Below are positions 24,348 through 32,000 of a stretch of DNA of 32,000 nt, in pieces. Each line of letters opens with the position of its first letter. Position 1 is the first letter of the stretch. Both the position numbers and the translations under genes were made by a program. The DNA is from Planctopirus limnophila DSM 3776 (GTDB lineage Bacteria > Planctomycetota > Planctomycetia > Planctomycetales > Planctomycetaceae): positions 780,001-812,000 of the forward strand of contig NC_014148.1 of NCBI RefSeq assembly GCF_000092105.1, read 5' to 3'. Under the pieces are notes generated by a model. It was given only the letters and a program-made list of their open reading frames with translations, did no database searches and was not told the origin of the DNA.

Positions 24348-27300
24348 TTATTGGCCAAACGCTTCTGAAAGAACTCGTTCCTGCTCAATTTCATGACTCT
24401 TCTTGGAACCTGTGGCAGGGCTGGCGGATGCGGGCCGGCTGACACAGCGCAACTGATGTTGCGACAAGACGTTGAGCCCCCATTGAGCCAGAATGAATCG
24501 CCAGGCCCCCATATTCTCTGGTTCTTCCTGCACCCATGTCACCGGCGTCTGTGGTGCATAGCGGCTCAGTTGCTGCTGAAGCTCCGCTGTGGGCAAAGGA
24601 TAAAGCTGTTCGACACGAATAATGGCGACTTCCGAGCGGCCAAGTTCTTGTCGACGCTGGGCGAGTTCGTGATAGATTTTGCCCGTACACATGAGAATCC
24701 GCTGGACTGCGGAATCAGGCCTCGTGGTGAGGACATCCGGGTAGATTCTCTGGAACGATCCGTTGGCCAGATCGTCGAGTGTGGCGGCGACCTGAGGCGA
24801 GCGGAGGTAATACTTGGGAGTCATCACGACAAGTGGCTTGCGCCAATGTCGCAAAACCTGCCGGCGCAGCATGTGGAACATCTGAGCGGCCGTGGTCGGG
24901 TAGCAGACCTGAATGTTGTCTTCGGCACAGGCTTCGAGGAATCGTTCGAGGCGAGCACTGGAGTGTTCGGGGCCGGCCCCTTCAAACCCATGCGGCAAGA
25001 GCATGGTCAGACCGCTGTAACGGTTCCACTTGTCTTCGGCACTGGTGATGAACTGATCGATAATCACCTGAGCCACGTTCACAAAGTCGCCAAACTGGGC
25101 TTCCCAGATCGTTAACCCATCAGGGCAGTCGAGGCTGAAGCCATAATCAAAGCCCAGCACGCCTGTTTCTGAAAGTGCGCTGTTATAGACCTGGAAACGA
25201 GCCTGTTCGACCGTCAGATGCTGCAGTGGAACGTATTTGGCGCCCGTTTCGATATCGTGAACCACGGCGTGGCGGTGAGCAAAGGTGCCTCGTTCGCAAT
25301 CCTGCCCATGTAAACGCACAGGATGCTTTTCTGTCAGCAATGAAGCGTAAGCCAGGATTTCGGCAGCACCCCAGTCCACAGGCTTTTCGCCGCGGGAAAT
25401 GGCTCGCCTTTGATCGAGAATGTTCTGAATTTTCGGATGGGGTTTGAAACCATCGGGCAGATGCGTCTGGATTTCCAGAAGCTGCTTGAGCCGATCGACT
25501 GGAACACCTGTCGGGACATCGTGGGCAATGTCTTCATTGCCACCACGATAGGTTTTCCAAAGCTGGTTTGGCTGTTCCCAGCGATGCTGGTAATCAGAGG
25601 CTGTCGCGACCTGATACTCGGATTCAAGCTGACTCTTGTGCTGCGAGACGAGTTCGTCCGCTTCCTGCTGAGTAACACCTCCCAGTTTCGTGAGGTGATT
25701 GGAATAAGTGACTCGCATGGGCTGGCGACGGTCAATCGCTTTATACATGCCCGGGTTGGTAAAGCGGGGTTCATCCTGTTCGTTGTGACCGCGCAAACGA
25801 TAGCAATACATGTCGATGACGACATCTCGCTGGAATTCACAGCGGAAATCCATGGCGAGTTCAACCACTTGAGCGACCGCTTCGGGATCTTCACCATTTA
25901 CATGGAAGATCGGGATCTGCAGCATTTTCGCGACATCGGTGGCATAGGCTGTCGAACGCCCCTGATGCGGCGGTGTGGTAAAGCCAATCTGGTTGTTGAC
26001 AATCACATGCACAGTGCCCCCTGTGCGGGTGGATTCGAGCTCACTGAGGTTGAGCATTTCCTGAGTGATGCCTTCACCGGCAAAGGCTGCATCACCATGA
26101 ATCAGCAGTGCCATCGATTTGCGGCGTTCGACATCTTGCCGACGATCCTGCTTGGCCCGGACGCGGCCCAGTGCCACGGTATTGACAAACTCGAGGTGGC
26201 TGGGGTTAAAGCAGAGCGAGAGGTGGACTTTCTTGCCATCCGCAGTGGTGTAATCGTTGCTGTAGCCCAGGTGATATTTGACGTCGCCTCGGCCCAGATG
26301 CAATTGTGGGTCGAGATCGGCAAATTCACGGAAGATCGCCCGGGCTGGTTTGCCCATGATGCTGGCCAGGACATTCAGGCGGCCACGATGCGCCATACCG
26401 AGAATGATTTCTTCGACGCCCTGCGAGGCGGATTTGTTAATGGCCAGTTCAAGCAGCGGAATGAGCGTTTCGCCCCCTTCCAGAGAGAAACTCTTGGCGC
26501 CCTGGAACTTTCGGAGAATGAAGTCTTCAAAGACGACCGCGTCGCTCAATCGCTTGAGGATTCGTTTTTGTTGATCAGCTGTCAGAGAAATGCGGTTCTC
26601 GCTGCTTTCCATCCGATCCTGCAGCCACTCGCGAACCTTGACGTTATCGATGTGCATGAACTGTGCACCAATCGACCGGCAATAGGTATTTCGCAGCCAC
26701 TGGAGAATTTCACGGAGAGTACGAACGTTGGGGCCGCTGGAACTGACTGTCGAAAACTGGCGGTCAAGATCGCTGGGGCTGAAATCGCAGGAAGCAGGGT
26801 CGAGTTCCGGGACTGGCTCGCGCGGCTGGCCCAGCGGATCGATAATGGCCGCATAGTGACCCATAGCCCGGTAGTTGCGGATCAGGCGATCCACCCGCTC
26901 CTGTAAAATCGCAGCTTCAAGTTCCACCGGCGAGACGACATTCGAATCGCCCATGGTGGGTGGACGGAAGAACTGAGCTTCCTGATGAGGAGCCTGGCGG
27001 GCGACCTCCGCAATCTGGCGGAAATATTCACGCCAGGCAACATCCACATTCTCAGGAGATTTCACGTACTCCTGATAGAGCGATTCGACATACGAGGGAC
27101 TGGAACTGGCCACGTTTTCGAGTTCGCGAACCATTTCATCTGTTGTCAGATGTGCTTGGTGAGAACCATTTGTGGTGTCAGGAGTTAGAGTCGATATCTG
27201 CCGAGTGCTGGCAGTTGGGGAAGGAGACATAAAATTGGGGCTGTTCGCAGAGGGTAGAGTCGAGTTTTCAGGAGCAACAGGACGTGCGGGGCGGGGGGTA

Positions 27301-27398
27301 GCCATCAGCGTGTCAGAGGGACTCATCTCAGTCACTTCAAGGGAGAACCCGGCTCGCCCGAAGTCTGGTGGAAAGCCCCGGGCGATGCTTTCCACCAA
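24348..27398 (-). CDS. sucA: 2-oxoglutarate dehydrogenase E1 component
   Basis: SYVESLYQEYVKSPENVDVAWREYF, HRGRLNVL, IHGDAAFAGEGI, the TPP-binding region and the C-terminal transketolase-like domain are all present. The start is uncertain. The track start 27398 is TTG; ATGs at 27326, 27305 and 27134 are possible, so up to ~88 aa of S/T/P-rich N-terminal extension may or may not be translated. Confidence 0.95.
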   Translation of the reverse strand: MVESIARGFPPDFGRAGFSLEVTEMSPSDTLMATPRPARPVAPENSTLPSANSPNFMSPSPTASTRQISTLTPDTTNGSHQAHLTTDEMVRELENVASSSPSYVESLYQEYVKSPENVDVAWREYFRQIAEVARQAPHQEAQFFRPPTMGDSNVVSPVELEAAILQERVDRLIRNYRAMGHYAAIIDPLGQPREPVPELDPASCDFSPSDLDRQFSTVSSSGPNVRTLREILQWLRNTYCRSIGAQFMHIDNVKVREWLQDRMESSENRISLTADQQKRILKRLSDAVVFEDFILRKFQGAKSFSLEGGETLIPLLELAINKSASQGVEEIILGMAHRGRLNVLASIMGKPARAIFREFADLDPQLHLGRGDVKYHLGYSNDYTTADGKKVHLSLCFNPSHLEFVNTVALGRVRAKQDRRQDVERRKSMALLIHGDAAFAGEGITQEMLNLSELESTRTGGTVHVIVNNQIGFTTPPHQGRSTAYATDVAKMLQIPIFHVNGEDPEAVAQVVELAMDFRCEFQRDVVIDMYCYRLRGHNEQDEPRFTNPGMYKAIDRRQPMRVTYSNHLTKLGGVTQQEADELVSQHKSQLESEYQVATASDYQHRWEQPNQLWKTYRGGNEDIAHDVPTGVPVDRLKQLLEIQTHLPDGFKPHPKIQNILDQRRAISRGEKPVDWGAAEILAYASLLTEKHPVRLHGQDCERGTFAHRHAVVHDIETGAKYVPLQHLTVEQARFQVYNSALSETGVLGFDYGFSLDCPDGLTIWEAQFGDFVNVAQVIIDQFITSAEDKWNRYSGLTMLLPHGFEGAGPEHSSARLERFLEACAEDNIQVCYPTTAAQMFHMLRRQVLRHWRKPLVVMTPKYYLRSPQVAATLDDLANGSFQRIYPDVLTTRPDSAVQRILMCTGKIYHELAQRRQELGRSEVAIIRVEQLYPLPTAELQQQLSRYAPQTPVTWVQEEPENMGAWRFILAQWGLNVLSQHQLRCVSRPASASPATGSKKSHEIEQERVLSEAFGQ

Positions 27399-27990
27399 AA
27401 TGATCCACCCGCCACGGGAGGATCGAGTTCTGGCGAGGTTATCTGTTAAACCGTAGCAGAATTACCAATTTTGCAACACAGGAAGTCGGGTAGAAGTTGG
27501 AAATCAAGGAAAAGTCATTTGTGATCTTGAATCAAAACCTGTTCTTCGATCCCAAATCGATTTTGCGGCAACCTGATCTTCTGCCGCTTTGTTGAGTTTA
27601 GGTTGCTGGCCTCATCGCGTATTGGCAGAACTCGGCGTCAAACGGCGTGATTTTGCACAAATAAGACTTATTCAGTAGTGATCGCTGTGAGGTGCGAAGA
27701 GGATCAATCGGATGGCGCAAAAGATGTCCGATTTGCACAAGTTCTCCGGGAAAACTTCCTTTTCTGCCAGTTGACGCCCATCGATGATGCCATTGGAAAG
27801 TTGATCGATCGGCCTGGGAAACAGCTTCTGGTGGACCGTGGAATGTGCACAGACTGAGAAAACAGGTGCAATCTTACGTCTGCACACTTATCATCCCCTC
27901 ATTATATCATCAAGTGATGAATTCTGGCTCGCGCCAGGGCCGTTCGAACGTGAGCGGGAAGATCGTCAATTCTTGCGAAAGTCACTGGCT

Positions 27991-29091
27991 ATGAATGGCT
28001 TGCGAATGGTTGAACAACGGAGTTTTCGTGTTCTGGCGACAGTGCTGGCGATGGCTGCCTTGTTGTGGCTGCCGAGGAACAGTGTTTTGGCAGATGAGAA
28101 AAATGGTGAACTCGACATTTATTTCATTGATGTCGAGGGGGGAGCTGCCACGCTGCTGGTGACACCCGCGGGGGAATCGATTCTCCTCGATTCGGGCTAT
28201 CCTGATTACGGCGGCCGGGATTTAAATCGCATTGTGCGCGTGGTGAAAGAGGTCGCTGGTCGAACTCGAATCGACAAAGCGATCGTCTCTCACTGGCATC
28301 TGGATCATTACGGCAATCATGCGGCACTCGTCAGCAAAGTTCCCGTTACGGCCTTTTATGACCGGGGAATTCCGGAAGATCTTGCGGAAGACAAAGGGTT
28401 TCCCGAGAGAATCGCCTTGTACCGAGCGGCCTCACAGAACAAGTCGACAGCCCTTTCCCCCGGAGACAAACTGCTACTGAAAAATGCTAAATCAGGTCAA
28501 GGTGCCCCGCAACTCACAGCCGAGGTGATCACATCGAGTGGGAAAACCATTCCGAACGAAGGGCCGGCCAACCCGTTTGTCAGTGAGCACGTCGCGAAAC
28601 CTGAGGACACTTCCGACAATGCCCGCAGTTTGAGTCTGCTCTTCAAACTGGGGGATTTCGCCTTTCTGACCTGTGGTGACCTGACGTGGAACACCGAACA
28701 TCGGTTGATGTCGCCTAATAACCCGATTGGTCAGGTCGATCTCTTTATGGTGACTCACCATGGCCTTGATGTCAGTAACAATCCAGTGCTGGTCAAAGCG
28801 ATTGAACCGGTCGCCACTGTCACCTGCAACGGCCCCACCAAAGGGGGCATGCTACCGGTTCTGAAGACACTTGAGACGGTCCCGACTCTCAAGGCTCAGT
28901 TTCAGTTGCATCGGAACATCAAGCTGGGAGATGACGTCCAGCCACCGCCGCACCGGATTGCTAATTCCAGCGATACTGCTGATTGCAAAGGGCATTACAT
29001 CAAGGCGTCGGTCTCTCCCGATGGCAAGCAATTTCGTATTCAGGTCGAAGGCCAGCAGCCGGAAATGTTTAAGACCCTCTTGCCCAAATGA
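27991..29091 (+). CDS. Secreted metallo-beta-lactamase-fold hydrolase (ComEC-type MBL domain)
   Basis: ATG 27991 gives a signal-like N-terminus (FRVLATVLAMAALLWLP). Motifs: IDVEGGAATLL, HxHxDH as SHWHLDHYGN, FLTCGDL, MVTHHG. Confidence 0.8.
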   Translation: MNGLRMVEQRSFRVLATVLAMAALLWLPRNSVLADEKNGELDIYFIDVEGGAATLLVTPAGESILLDSGYPDYGGRDLNRIVRVVKEVAGRTRIDKAIVSHWHLDHYGNHAALVSKVPVTAFYDRGIPEDLAEDKGFPERIALYRAASQNKSTALSPGDKLLLKNAKSGQGAPQLTAEVITSSGKTIPNEGPANPFVSEHVAKPEDTSDNARSLSLLFKLGDFAFLTCGDLTWNTEHRLMSPNNPIGQVDLFMVTHHGLDVSNNPVLVKAIEPVATVTCNGPTKGGMLPVLKTLETVPTLKAQFQLHRNIKLGDDVQPPPHRIANSSDTADCKGHYIKASVSPDGKQFRIQVEGQQPEMFKTLLPK

Positions 29092-29397
29092 GCTCTTCCG
29101 TGTTCATGCACGCGACAATATCGGGATCGAAGATCAGTTTGGCTGGAAGCTGGCCAAGCTCCAATTTCGCTCATCATAGGTGAACGCACGACATGTTAGT
29201 CTAAAAGCTGAATGCCAAGGTTCGTTGCGCAAGGCGAAATAATAGTATACATATAGACACAAAAGTCCTATGTGACGACATCTGTGGCATCAGCTTTCAG
29301 TAAAGTCTCCGGAGATTGAAAAAACGATTTGACGCTGGCTGTTCATGTGGCAGATTTCCGATAGGTAAAGTTTTTACCTCAATCGTTTCGTTCTGCT

Positions 29398-29829
29398 ATG
29401 AGGTTTCTGCCAATGAGTGCCTATGCTTCAACCACCACTGACCGCCAGGCTCGGACGTGGGAACGCATGATGAAGTGGCTGGAACGCATGGCTGAACGCG
29501 ACCAGCAACTGTATGGCGCCGTTCGCCAGTTTGAGCGAAAAAGTTTTCATGCCAACGTGATTGTCTGTGTGTTGACTCCGGATGATCCCATTGCCGGGCC
29601 GAATCATCCTTCAGCCCGCACGGCTGTCGCCTTCAACATTTCTCAAGGTGGCGTGGGTTTGATCTCTTCGGAAGCCTTCGACAGCTCATCCCTGCAGATT
29701 GGCTTGCGACTTCCTGATGGTAATTATCGCTGGAAAGAAGGCCGCGTCGTGCGTGTCCGCGAGATTCCTGGTGAATCGTTTGTCGAATATGGCGTTTCCT
29801 TCCGGAAAACTACCGAATCTGCCAGCTAA
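29398..29829 (+). CDS. Stand-alone PilZ-domain protein (putative c-di-GMP receptor)
   Basis: RxxxR motif as RQFER and (D/N)xSxxG motif as NISQGG at the expected spacing, followed by beta-rich sequence (LQIGLRLPDGNYRWKEGRVVRV). The start is 29398 or 29413. Confidence 0.7.
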   Translation: MRFLPMSAYASTTTDRQARTWERMMKWLERMAERDQQLYGAVRQFERKSFHANVIVCVLTPDDPIAGPNHPSARTAVAFNISQGGVGLISSEAFDSSSLQIGLRLPDGNYRWKEGRVVRVREIPGESFVEYGVSFRKTTESAS

Positions 29830-29896
29830 TAATGTGACTTGGTGATTATGGCCGGGTAGTGATAACGGCGACGCGTCAAGCTGCCTCTGCTTCTGT

Positions 29897-32000
29897 TCAG
29901 GACATCAGTGACAAACCTGGGGGGAGTTGGTCTCCCAGCAGTTGGCCAGCCGATTCCTGAGTGAATTCTCCACCTTCTTTCACCAGTTTCGCGAGATCTT
30001 CCGTCTCCGGGTGTTGATTCAGCCACTGCACGACTTCCTCTCGAAGTGCCTGGGGAAGATCGCGATAGCGGTCGTGTGTTCGTCTGGCGATTTGCGCCAG
30101 CGAAAGTCCCACGAGACCAATCGGCCCGCCACAAGTCATCAAGGCTGCCAGCATCGATTCGACCCGTTCGGGACTCAGCACATGGTCGAGAGAGCCATAG
30201 ACCGGGGTTCTCTGGCCAAACCGGCCCAGCGACCAGATGGCGGCATCCATCGTAATGGGTGAGTTTTTCTGCTGCAGTGAGACTTCTGCCAGACCCGCCA
30301 ATTCACTTCGAGTTGTTTTCGAAAGTTCTTCAAAGGCACCGAACATCCGCATCATTTCTGAGAGTTCATGGGAAGTCGGCCCCGATTTATTGGCAGATTT
30401 CCGGTGATCCAGACCTCGTTTGAGAGCCGTTTTCACCATTGAAATATAGGGAGCTGCAATGGCCTGCTGAATGCCGGCATTCAATCCTCCCGAAATTCTC
30501 CTCCAGAGAACCAGCACTTCAGCTCGAACCTGAGGGTCGGCATGAGTTAACTTGCCACTAATGGCTTTCCATGTTTCGGCAACTCTCCAGTCGTCAATGG
30601 CGACGCCATAACCCGGCCTCAGGCAGAACCCGACCAGATTGAGCCACCGGGCCTCATGTGCCGCAGATCGGCTGCGCTGGGCAGCGACATCCATGAGTGT
30701 TGTCCAGAGTGACCTGAGCAGAACTGGCGACCACGAATCACGGGGCGCTTCGAGGGCTTCAGAAAGTCTGGGCATCAACTCACGGGGAAGCAGGGGTTCG
30801 TCAGTAGGCCGGAAAGTGTTTTCTATCAATTTCATCGCCTGCTGTTGCAGTTGATCTTCAAACACACCGGCCTGTTCACCCTGGCCTTGATGTGCGGCCA
30901 GTTCGGTATGGGTCGCACTGCGGACATCAACGGCCAGATTCCATGATCTGGTTCCATCACATTCTCGACAGCTTAAATCGAGAGTGCCTAATTCTGTCAA
31001 ACGGGCAGACAGTTGAGCGGGAATCCGACTGGCTTCTGTTTCCCGGCGGCTTTTCAAGACCGTACGAATGGGTGGGAGGGGAGTGAGTTGTTCGCGATCA
31101 ATCGGGATGAGTGTCCCGGCCCGATCGGTAAGTCGTGTGCTCGAGCACCATAAAGGAAACTCGACGGGTTGAGAGAGCAACAGCCAGAATCGCTGATCCT
31201 GCAAATCCACTTCGGCACCGGGTTCAATACCGGCTGGCAAAACGCAGAGAGCTTCGTTGGTTTTCCCACCGAGCTGCAGATAGTAGCTGCGTGCCAGACC
31301 CGCGACGATCTTGACTCCCAGTCCTCGTTTGACCATCCCAAAGTAAGCCGCTCCACGTGCAACCGCCAGATCGAGCCGACCATGATCGAGTTCCTGGATT
31401 TTTTCGGCGGCTTGCGAGCTGGATAATCCCTGGCAAAACCAGTGGCGCAAGGTGTGCAGAACGCGGTCTTTCAAAACAGTCGATTCGAACACGCCGCCGT
31501 TAAAGAGAATCAGATCCGGGCAAGCAGGATCAGCGCTCAAGCTGGTCTGATGGGGTAGTGTGGCGTTCGCTCGCTGCTCAAGTTCACTCAAAGTGGCGCG
31601 GTGCTGTTCGAGAAACTGGGCCAGATATCTGGTGATGGCCGCATCGGGGGCGTAAGCCAGACCAAATTCTCGAAAGCCCATGGGGTGCGCAGCGGGGCGA
31701 TCTTTCAGTTCACAAACAGGGAAGAAACCGTCGACCAGGCAAGTCTGGATTTCTTCGCGGGTGACTTCGTATTGCCTGCTTGAAGAAAGGAGTTTCGAGC
31801 CACTGCCCGCGAGAATCACCTTGGCAGATTCAGGGGGATTCGGGCCGAGTAAAGTTTCTTTGAGCACTCGGCATTTGCGAATTAAGGAAGAGAATTCGCG
31901 ATGGGAAAGCTTGTCTTCGAGGTTGTATTTCTGCTCGACAAAATGGGCCAGTGCCAGGTCGAGATTATCTCCACCCAGGATCAGGTGCTGACCAACTGCC
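29897..32000 (-). CDS. Giant Hsp70-family protein (partial; N-terminus beyond the right edge)
   Basis: The track ORF (29897..31867) begins at an internal GTG. The same frame stays open to the window edge and reads AVGQHLILGGDNLDLALAHFVEQKY ..., an actin/Hsp70 nucleotide-binding-domain motif. Downstream, ILFNGGVF and LAVARGAAYFG correspond to subdomain IIA. About 470 aa of non-DnaK-like C-terminal sequence follow (HEARWLNLVGFCLRPGYG ...). Confidence 0.8.
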   Translation of the reverse strand, partial: AVGQHLILGGDNLDLALAHFVEQKYNLEDKLSHREFSSLIRKCRVLKETLLGPNPPESAKVILAGSGSKLLSSSRQYEVTREEIQTCLVDGFFPVCELKDRPAAHPMGFREFGLAYAPDAAITRYLAQFLEQHRATLSELEQRANATLPHQTSLSADPACPDLILFNGGVFESTVLKDRVLHTLRHWFCQGLSSSQAAEKIQELDHGRLDLAVARGAAYFGMVKRGLGVKIVAGLARSYYLQLGGKTNEALCVLPAGIEPGAEVDLQDQRFWLLLSQPVEFPLWCSSTRLTDRAGTLIPIDREQLTPLPPIRTVLKSRRETEASRIPAQLSARLTELGTLDLSCRECDGTRSWNLAVDVRSATHTELAAHQGQGEQAGVFEDQLQQQAMKLIENTFRPTDEPLLPRELMPRLSEALEAPRDSWSPVLLRSLWTTLMDVAAQRSRSAAHEARWLNLVGFCLRPGYGVAIDDWRVAETWKAISGKLTHADPQVRAEVLVLWRRISGGLNAGIQQAIAAPYISMVKTALKRGLDHRKSANKSGPTSHELSEMMRMFGAFEELSKTTRSELAGLAEVSLQQKNSPITMDAAIWSLGRFGQRTPVYGSLDHVLSPERVESMLAALMTCGGPIGLVGLSLAQIARRTHDRYRDLPQALREEVVQWLNQHPETEDLAKLVKEGGEFTQESAGQLLGDQLPPGLSLMS

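Noticed and set aside
23169-26906. Long + strand ORFs 23169..24308 (379 aa), 24393..25115 (240 aa) and 25410..26906 (498 aa)
   Set aside because: They lie entirely antisense to sucB and sucA, which are confidently identified. Their products are Arg/Gly/Cys-rich with no motifs.
27672-27887. 71-aa - strand ORF upstream of sucA
   Set aside because: It is short, with no RBS or motif, and it lies in the divergent sucA/MBL promoter region. It cannot be supported from sequence alone.
29092-29397. c-di-GMP (GEMM-type) riboswitch in front of the PilZ gene, and the palindrome TTGCGCAA (about 29224-29231) as an operator
   Set aside because: Only a vague ACGCAC resemblance to GEMM-I was seen, with no second conserved helix. 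An isolated 8-bp palindrome is too short to call.
1-32000. CRISPR arrays, IS elements, integrases, toxin-antitoxin pairs, rRNA
   Set aside because: No regularly spaced direct repeats and no transposase, integrase or nuclease-type ORFs were seen in any frame. The only tandem repeats are inside the Gly-rich CDS.

Overview
This is a 32-kb chromosomal segment, about 52-55% G+C by spot counts on single 60-nt lines. All protein calls rest on motif recognition by eye, because no database search was possible. The gene content suggests a Planctomycetota-like genome, but that is inference only. It includes a DUF1570-like HExxH protein, a TDAGL-type LRR protein, a giant Hsp70-like protein, a MoxR-DUF58 pair and a secreted Gly-rich protein.

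Most of the window is housekeeping:
- clpC 5' end (reverse strand, missing from the ORF track)
- a Clp_N-ThiD2-ThiE fusion
- tRNA-Gln(CUG)
- a reverse-strand string moxR-DUF58-nth-dcd-transsulfuration PLP enzyme-ispG
- sucA-sucB

The parts that deserve a second look are:
1. A same-strand string of a small membrane protein, a tandem Kdo-kinase-like/pseudokinase protein, a DUF1570 metallopeptidase-like protein and an EF-hand calpain-type cysteine protease (16.9-21.7 kb). This is the best candidate for an undescribed module.
2. A dispersed noncoding element of about 150-160 bp. It carries a conserved terminator-like hairpin, sits at two convergent-gene junctions and is flanked by locus-specific direct repeats. 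One of these repeats duplicates the 3' end of the calpain-like gene.
3. A roughly 1-kb ORF-poor stretch next to tRNA-Gln. It contains a sigma-54-like promoter followed about 165 nt later by an intrinsic terminator, so it is a candidate sRNA.
4. A secreted protein with a Gly/Arg/Phe low-complexity region and 13-residue GPNG repeats.
5. A GC-rich orphan ORF.
6. A partial giant Hsp70-like gene at the right edge.

No CRISPR array, transposase, integrase or rRNA was seen.
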